Shown here: one piece after another, positions 37,972 through 43,043 of the stretch
Layout of the letters: each line of letters starts with the position of its first letter
How positions within the stretch are numbered: position 1 is the stretch's first letter
DNA from: Chthonomonadales bacterium
Lineage (GTDB): Bacteria; Armatimonadota; Chthonomonadetes; Chthonomonadales; Chthonomonadaceae
DNA length: 43,043 nucleotides
Direction of reading: 5' to 3'
Assembly: GCA_038217285.1 (NCBI GenBank)
Contig: JBBQPO010000016.1
Location: 1 to 43,043 of the forward strand
Translations under genes and position numbers: made by a program
The notes under the pieces: generated by a model
Databases searched by the model: none
What the model saw: the letters and a program-made list of their open reading frames with translations, nothing else
Told to the model about the DNA's origin: nothing

Positions 37972-39138
37972 CTACGACGAGCGTTTGTTCCACTCTGCAT
38001 TGACAAACATGTTGAGGCCGGGGTCTCGGTAGATACCGTCTTCGGATGGCGGTGCCTGACTGGTAAGGAACTCTTCGTTGATCTCCAGGCCCCATCCGGG
38101 TCCTCCAGGCACGCCGAAATAGCCGTCCACGACTTCCGGGTAGGGCGAACCGCACGTCTTGATCTGGGAATCGACGAAGTCGTTGAAGTGTTCCAGGATC
38201 TTGCCGTTGCGAAGGCCGACCAGCATGTGCAGCGTCGCCACCGTCGTGACGATTCCGCCGACGTTATGCGGGGCCGCCATGATGGAGTAGGTTTCGGCAG
38301 TCGAACAGATCTTCTTCGTCTCCAACAGACCACCGCACTGGTTCAGGTCGGGCTGAATGATATGCGTCAGCCGATTGGCCAGCAGCTCACGATACTGCTG
38401 GGCGTGGTAGAGGCGCTCCCCTGTCGCGATGGGAATGTCGGTGTGGTCCATGACGTATCGCAGGGCGGGCAGGTCTTCCGGACGACACGGCTCTTCGATC
38501 CACCCCGGATGATATTTCTCGATGGCCCGCGCGATCTCGACCGCCTGATGCGGCGCAAACCGGCCATGCATCTCGATGAACATCTGCACCTCGTCGCCAA
38601 CCACGGAGTAGACCGCCTCGATGATCGCCAGCGACATATAGTACTCTTTGCGGGTCAACTCCAGATCGCCGTTACCGAACGGGTCGAACTTCAGACCCTT
38701 GTAGCCTTTCGCCACCACCTTCTGCGCCGCCGCCGCGAAGGCTTCCGGGGTGCGCTCCCCGGTATACCAGCCGTTGGCGTAGGCCGGAATTTTATCGCGC
38801 ACTTTGCCGCCGATCAGTTGGTAGACCGGTAGGTTGGCCTTCTTGCCGAGAATGTCCCAACAGGCCATCTCCACCAGGGCCAGCCCCGTCATCACGACCT
38901 CGCCAGGAGAGCCGAAGTCGAGGAGGGTGAACCGGCGGTAGAGCGCCTCGATGTCCGTGACCTCATGCCCGATAAAGTGCCGTTTTGAATCCTTCAGAAA
39001 CTCCAGGACCGTATGCGTTTTTCCCAGAACCCGTGCCTCCCCGACGCCTGTCAGCCCCTCATCCGTTTCCAGTATCAGATAGGTCAGGTTGCGCCAGGGG
39101 GTGCCGACGACATAGGTTCGATATCCGGTAATCTTCAA
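37972..39138 (-). CDS. Mandelate racemase/galactonate dehydratase-like enolase superfamily enzyme
   Basis: TTG start; ETDEGLTGVGE, WDILGK...PVYQLIGG, YANGW, KFDPF, EMHGR, WIEEP, ATGER, QPD..CGG and APHN. Confidence 0.92.
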   Translation of the reverse strand: MKITGYRTYVVGTPWRNLTYLILETDEGLTGVGEARVLGKTHTVLEFLKDSKRHFIGHEVTDIEALYRRFTLLDFGSPGEVVMTGLALVEMACWDILGKKANLPVYQLIGGKVRDKIPAYANGWYTGERTPEAFAAAAQKVVAKGYKGLKFDPFGNGDLELTRKEYYMSLAIIEAVYSVVGDEVQMFIEMHGRFAPHQAVEIARAIEKYHPGWIEEPCRPEDLPALRYVMDHTDIPIATGERLYHAQQYRELLANRLTHIIQPDLNQCGGLLETKKICSTAETYSIMAAPHNVGGIVTTVATLHMLVGLRNGKILEHFNDFVDSQIKTCGSPYPEVVDGYFGVPGGPGWGLEINEEFLTSQAPPSEDGIYRDPGLNMFVNAEWNKRSS

Positions 39139-39183
39139 TACTCGCGTTCCTCACTTCCCATAGTGTTCCTTTGCGTCGGCTGC

Positions 39184-39561
39184 CTAGCCGACCTTACGCT
39201 CCTCGAAGTCGTCCGGCGCGGGAAAGGTTTCCGTCTTCGGCTCCAGTGCCTCGATGGCGCGGGGATGCGCGCAGGGAAAATCCTTCTCCACATAGTAGCG
39301 CACGCCGTCCGATTCGAAATAGACTCCCTCCACGTCCGGTCCCAACAGCCGCAGAAGATCGACCGGCGCGAGAGAGATACGCAGCGTCGCGCCCAACTGC
39401 GTCAACGTCGTATCCGCCTCTGCCACCATCAGTTCGACCCGCCAACCACCGGCCGCTCCCAGATTCAACGTCGTGTCGATGGGGTAGCGCGCCTCCAACT
39501 GTGCCAGTTCCGACGGCGTCAGTCGCAGCCGCAGGCTCTCTTCCGTCCAGCGTACTTTCAT
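39184..39561 (-). CDS. Small conserved hypothetical protein (MK.R...SLRLRL..SE; VEKDF.C family)
   Basis: GGAGG RBS before ATG 39561; motifs MKVRWTEESLRLRLTPSE and YYVEKDFPC...FP.P. Confidence 0.7.
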   Translation of the reverse strand: MKVRWTEESLRLRLTPSELAQLEARYPIDTTLNLGAAGGWRVELMVAEADTTLTQLGATLRISLAPVDLLRLLGPDVEGVYFESDGVRYYVEKDFPCAHPRAIEALEPKTETFPAPDDFEERKVG

Positions 39562-39648
39562 ACCCTCCAATTGCATACCCACGCCCTCAATTCCTCCTCG
39601 TGGGGCAGAGGCTGACCCTGGGTGGTGAATAAAAATCAGCACAATCTC

Positions 39649-39677
39649 TTGAACGTCGTTTCCGGTTGTGATATACT
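39649..39677 (+). promoter_or_regulatory. Near-consensus sigma70 promoter driving the ncRNA and the downstream gene
   Basis: TTGAAC (39649-39654), 17-nt spacer, extended -10 TGaTATACT (39669-39677). Confidence 0.75.
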
Positions 39678-39730
39678 GGCTGGAGTGGACAAACAGAGGA
39701 ACAACTTTTGTTCACAAACGGATTTTCCGA

Positions 39731-39966
39731 ATTAGAGGGCGAGTTTAGCCAGCAATCAGACTGCGGTGTTTCGCCGTGGCTGCCGTCAAGCCTGTTTCAC
39801 ATCACCGGACATCGATTCTACTCAGCGGTAGGGGCATACTAGTTGTTGCCCCTTCGGCGCTGAGGAGACGTAGTCCACACTAGGTGAAACAACTAGTATG
39901 CCCCTACCGCCTACAGTGACCGACGCCGGTTCCGAGGTGGCTTAGTGGCGAGACGCGCCCTCTAAT
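39731..39966 (+). ncRNA. Candidate retron msr-msd non-coding RNA
   Basis: Closing inverted repeat ATTAGAGGGCG (39731-39741)/CGCCCTCTAAT (39956-39966), extendable to ~21 bp and followed by G39752 in AGC. Hairpins at 39761-39779 and 39778-39792. Perfect 23-bp stem 39825-39847/39888-39910 with a 40-nt branched apex. Confidence 0.68.
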
Positions 39967-40085
39967 ACCCCTTCCTACGCGATGTCGCGCGACGGGTGTG
40001 ACCACAGATTATGAAATCCATCATGGTGCATCGCCTCGTGCCCTATTCCCGGCAATGAATTGCCGTTCTGAGAGGAAGTCCTCTT

Positions 40086-43037
40086 ATGGCCCGAAAAGAG
40101 TCGCCGGACCGGCCCCTCTTCGCCCGTGTCCAGGCACAGTTGCAGGTGATCGGCGTCGAGGCAATGCTGCATGCCGCACAGGAAGATCTGCTCCATTTTA
40201 TCCGTAAAGCACCGCTCGTCTATGGTTTTTGGGCGGATTTCAAACGCCTTGTTAAAGCCGCAGAGGGTTCGGTGCCGGTCGGGCCGACGGCTGCCCTTCT
40301 TGCGCGCCTGGATACGGCAGCCTTGCCAAAACACACCCTCTCGCTGCCTGTCTCTCCTCTGGAAGGGCAGATCAACCAGGTTGGTCGCCTCGACTACGAC
40401 GGTAAATATGCCTACCTCATCAGTGTTTACTGGAATTCTCCGGGGTTGTACATCGTCGATATGACGATCCCCGCGATGCCGACTGTCGTCACGCACATAA
40501 AACTACCCGGCCTGTCAGATGTCGTGGTCGCAGGTACGAAAATGTTCCTGCTCCAGGGTACGGCAGAGAACGCTCCCGGAAAACTCTACTGTTACGACGT
40601 CTCGGATCCGGGTCACCCGCAGAAAGAGTCCGAAATCCTGATCTCAAATGGTATACGGCTCGCCGTAGCTGGCTCCACGATCTGTGTGGCGACGATGCAG
40701 CCCCGCAGTCCCGGACTCCAACTGGTCGATGCCTCTCGGCGCGATCAGTTGCGTCTGCTGGGTCGCCTCCACGTGAAGGATCCCATCGCCGTGCAGATCG
40801 CAGGCAGCCACGTCTATGTCATCAGCACCCCGCCGCAGGGCAACCTCCGAACGAGCCTGGTTATCGCCGATATTTCCGATCCCCTTCAGCCGCGACAGAT
40901 TCATACGCTTGATCTTCCTCCTGCCACAGGACTGGTGATCCAGGGCCGTTACGCCTACGTCGCCTGTACGCACGGCAGCAATACCGGGCCCGACGATCAG
41001 ACGGGCCTTGCCGTCATCGATCTGGCTCCGCCGAATTTCACTGCGGCCCAGCGCGTCGCTTTCGTCGCCGTTGGAAACGTTCAGGATGTTGCGGTTGAGG
41101 GCCGTTACGTCTATGTGGGTGTAGGAAAGAGAGGGTACTCGGATCGGAACAACGGGGGCCTTCGTATCTTCGATATCTCGGATCCTGCCCGGCCACAGTT
41201 GGCAGGCTCCTTTATGGCGGACGAGGCCCACTCTATGAAGGTCGTTGGCGATATCGCGTGCCTCACGGTCGCGCATCGGTGGAACGAACTGTTCCTGCCG
41301 ATGAACGTCGCGGAGCCAGCGCGGCCCCTCCTGCTCGGCGCGCCTCCTAGCCGCGACACACTGGGCTATATGAAACGGAGGGGCCGACGGCTGATGCGAA
41401 CGCTGGCGCTGCAGGATCCGGAAGTCTATGTCCGTACGGCCGCGCAGATGCTGATCGAAGCCGGGCAGGCCCAGACGAATCTGGATCCGCGCCTTCAATG
41501 GATCTCCATGGATCTGCTCTACGGCGGCGGAACGCGCTTCGAACAGCAGGCTCACGGTCGGGGCAGCTACAGCGTTGCGCGCCGTGGTCTGTCGCTTCGA
41601 ACAAGGGAAGAACGGCATCCGGAACTCTGGGACCGCTATCCCGAACTGGCGCAGCAACTCTTCACCACGCCCCGGCTGCCATGGCAGACCTGGGAAGCCT
41701 CCTGCAAGATGCTGCGTAACATAACAGCGCCTTTGCCAGTCCTCAACGACGGAATGCTGGCACAGTTCCTCGCCTCCGAGTCGCCGCTCCTCCGCTCGGT
41801 CGCCGCGAGGCAGGTCGCCGCAATGCTGGAGGCCGGCCGAAATGTAGCGGCGGATGTCGTGGCCGAAACCTACGTTGGCGGGACGCGCCGACAACGTGAG
41901 ACTATCGCCCGTTTCATCGCGGCACAGGAGAGCACGTCGCGCTGGATGACAGCGTTCGCCACGCGGCTCTACAAGATCGCGAACGGACTCGTCAGAGGCG
42001 CTGTCCCGCGCAAGGCTGCCCTGTCGTTCGCCCTGCTGATCGCGCACTTTCCCGATCTGTCCGGCCAGGATGTCCCTGCGGGCACCGCAGTCGCCCTCTA
42101 CGGCACAGGACGGCCCATCTTCGAAGCCTGGGCGCGGAGTGTGTTTGGGAAGTTGCTCCCGCTGCAGTTGCCGGAATGGTTGTTCGCGCTCGCCGCCTTG
42201 CCTGCCGGGCTGCGCGAGAGCGCGGCGCAGGCTGTCGCCGCAGGCATGGCGACTCAGGCGATTCCGCCCAGAACACTCTGGTCTCTGACCAGTCACGAGG
42301 ATCCATGGGTACGGGAGGTAAGCTGGCGAATTCTGGCGCGCAGTCAGACGCCTCTGCCCGACATCGCGATCATATGGACCGCGCTCCTGGCTGCGAATGA
42401 GGCGACGCCAGCGCTTCTCACAGCCTTCGCGGCGCCCGACGCGCTGGCCCTATTCGACCGATGCGAGTTCGATAGCTGGGCGATGGCCGGGCAGTTGGAG
42501 GCCAATCCGTTCCTCATTCCCCTGTTGCCGCCGGCTGCGCTCGAGAAGATCGTCTCGGTCCTGCCTCCGGCCTCTCTGCTGCAAGTGGTGGCCGAGGCAT
42601 CGGACGAACAGTGGCCGAGATTGAGACAGGCGATTCTCCTCGGGTCGCTGCTGCCGAAGCATCGGACCGCCTTCTGGCGTGAGGTGTTTGCCGCCATCGG
42701 AGCGACGGGCAACGCAAATCTGACGCTGCGTCTGCTGGACGACGTACCGATGCAGGCAGCCTTTCTGCAACTGGCCGATATAAGCGAATTCCTGCGGAGC
42801 GCCAATCCTCTCTTCGGGCTGTTACTCGGCCTCTGGATCGCTGGTCATACCGACCTCTTTCGCCGGGATTCTGCCGAACTGCTCCAGATCGCCACCCATC
42901 CCCTGCCGCAGATACGCGTGGTCGGGCTGGCGCGTGCTCGGGAGGTCGGCTTGAGTCTGCCCTTCGCGCTGCGGCTGCTAGAAGCGCGGCCGAAAAGTCG
43001 CCTTCCAAACCAAAGGAATTGTTGGGTTGTGTGGTGA
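40086..43037 (+). CDS. Large helical (ARM/HEAT-like) protein with internal LVIVD beta-propeller; probable retron-associated protein, C-terminus probably truncated or chimeric
   Basis: About 7 LVIVD-type repeats (G.YAYV...GL.I.D.SDP..P) at roughly aa 95-415, flanked by helical regions containing SRDTLGYMKRRGRRLMRTL and REERHPELWD. The last ~16 codons look compositionally foreign. Confidence 0.75.
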   Translation: MARKESPDRPLFARVQAQLQVIGVEAMLHAAQEDLLHFIRKAPLVYGFWADFKRLVKAAEGSVPVGPTAALLARLDTAALPKHTLSLPVSPLEGQINQVGRLDYDGKYAYLISVYWNSPGLYIVDMTIPAMPTVVTHIKLPGLSDVVVAGTKMFLLQGTAENAPGKLYCYDVSDPGHPQKESEILISNGIRLAVAGSTICVATMQPRSPGLQLVDASRRDQLRLLGRLHVKDPIAVQIAGSHVYVISTPPQGNLRTSLVIADISDPLQPRQIHTLDLPPATGLVIQGRYAYVACTHGSNTGPDDQTGLAVIDLAPPNFTAAQRVAFVAVGNVQDVAVEGRYVYVGVGKRGYSDRNNGGLRIFDISDPARPQLAGSFMADEAHSMKVVGDIACLTVAHRWNELFLPMNVAEPARPLLLGAPPSRDTLGYMKRRGRRLMRTLALQDPEVYVRTAAQMLIEAGQAQTNLDPRLQWISMDLLYGGGTRFEQQAHGRGSYSVARRGLSLRTREERHPELWDRYPELAQQLFTTPRLPWQTWEASCKMLRNITAPLPVLNDGMLAQFLASESPLLRSVAARQVAAMLEAGRNVAADVVAETYVGGTRRQRETIARFIAAQESTSRWMTAFATRLYKIANGLVRGAVPRKAALSFALLIAHFPDLSGQDVPAGTAVALYGTGRPIFEAWARSVFGKLLPLQLPEWLFALAALPAGLRESAAQAVAAGMATQAIPPRTLWSLTSHEDPWVREVSWRILARSQTPLPDIAIIWTALLAANEATPALLTAFAAPDALALFDRCEFDSWAMAGQLEANPFLIPLLPPAALEKIVSVLPPASLLQVVAEASDEQWPRLRQAILLGSLLPKHRTAFWREVFAAIGATGNANLTLRLLDDVPMQAAFLQLADISEFLRSANPLFGLLLGLWIAGHTDLFRRDSAELLQIATHPLPQIRVVGLARAREVGLSLPFALRLLEARPKSRLPNQRNCWVVW

Positions 43038-43043
43038 ATCTAT

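Noticed and set aside
39699-39713. GAAC-N7-GTTC as a LexA (SOS) box
   Set aside because: The Gram-positive-type box is GAAC-N4-GTTC and the alphaproteobacterial box is a direct repeat, so the spacing and orientation do not fit. Kept only as an unassigned palindrome.
39860-39890. Hammerhead ribozyme-like words CTGAGGA...GAAAC in the apex of the 23-bp stem
   Set aside because: GAAA does not directly follow a stem II (GACGTAGTC is followed by 10 extra nt), and no consistent stem I/III with an NUH site could be built. The retron-type fold explains the region better.
39825-39910. 23-bp inverted repeat as a terminator, MITE or CRISPR repeat
   Set aside because: It has a 40-nt loop and no U-tract, lies between divergent genes, shows no target-site duplication, and has only two inverted copies rather than a direct-repeat array.
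39975-40496. 173-aa minus-strand ORF, and the 69-aa ORF at 39998-40207, as a small RT or effector
   Set aside because: No RT motifs (no YADD) or other domain signal, and both overlap the better-supported 40086 gene.
1-43043. tRNA, rRNA, CRISPR arrays, integrases or transposases
   Set aside because: None recognised by eye; no regularly spaced direct repeats or recombinase motifs were seen.

Overview
A GC-rich bacterial chromosomal segment with about 32 protein-coding genes. The gene content (a Planctomycete-style DUF1501/DUF1549/PPC cluster, Tat-exported Gfo/Idh/MocA plus HEAT proteins, and the order frr-uppS-dxr) suggests an Armatimonadota-like or PVC-like organism; this is inference only. 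From left to right: a 5'-truncated STAND ATPase-TPR regulator; an oxidoreductase and a HEAT protein; a translationally coupled TPR/J-domain/GrpE/Hsp70 operon; a discoidin-domain protein paired with a TIGR03663-like membrane glycosyltransferase; a sugar ABC binding protein and permease with no ATPase; a beta-propeller/PPC/DUF1501/DUF1549-1553 cluster; DUF1080; a hybrid histidine kinase; the core cluster rpsB-tsf-pyrH-frr-uppS-[X]-dxr-rseP; a degenerate PyrD homolog; ChaN; an S9 peptidase; a PhyH dioxygenase; an enolase-superfamily dehydratase; and a small hypothetical. Main highlights: (1) an unannotated ~240-nt structured RNA at 39731-39966 with retron msr-msd architecture (a1/a2-like closing duplex followed by G in an AGC context, two small hairpins, a perfect 23-bp stem). 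It sits behind a near-consensus sigma70 promoter and upstream of a large helical protein containing an LVIVD beta-propeller. This is a candidate type XIII-like retron whose reverse transcriptase is not in the window. (2) Gene X, in the slot normally held by cdsA, is a split ORF that reads through an in-frame UGA as an exported W-U-G-W-C thioredoxin-like selenoprotein, with a bacterial SECIS-like hairpin. (3) A specialised Hsp70 system whose J-domain has HPPE instead of HPD. (4) A PyrD homolog lacking its catalytic residues.
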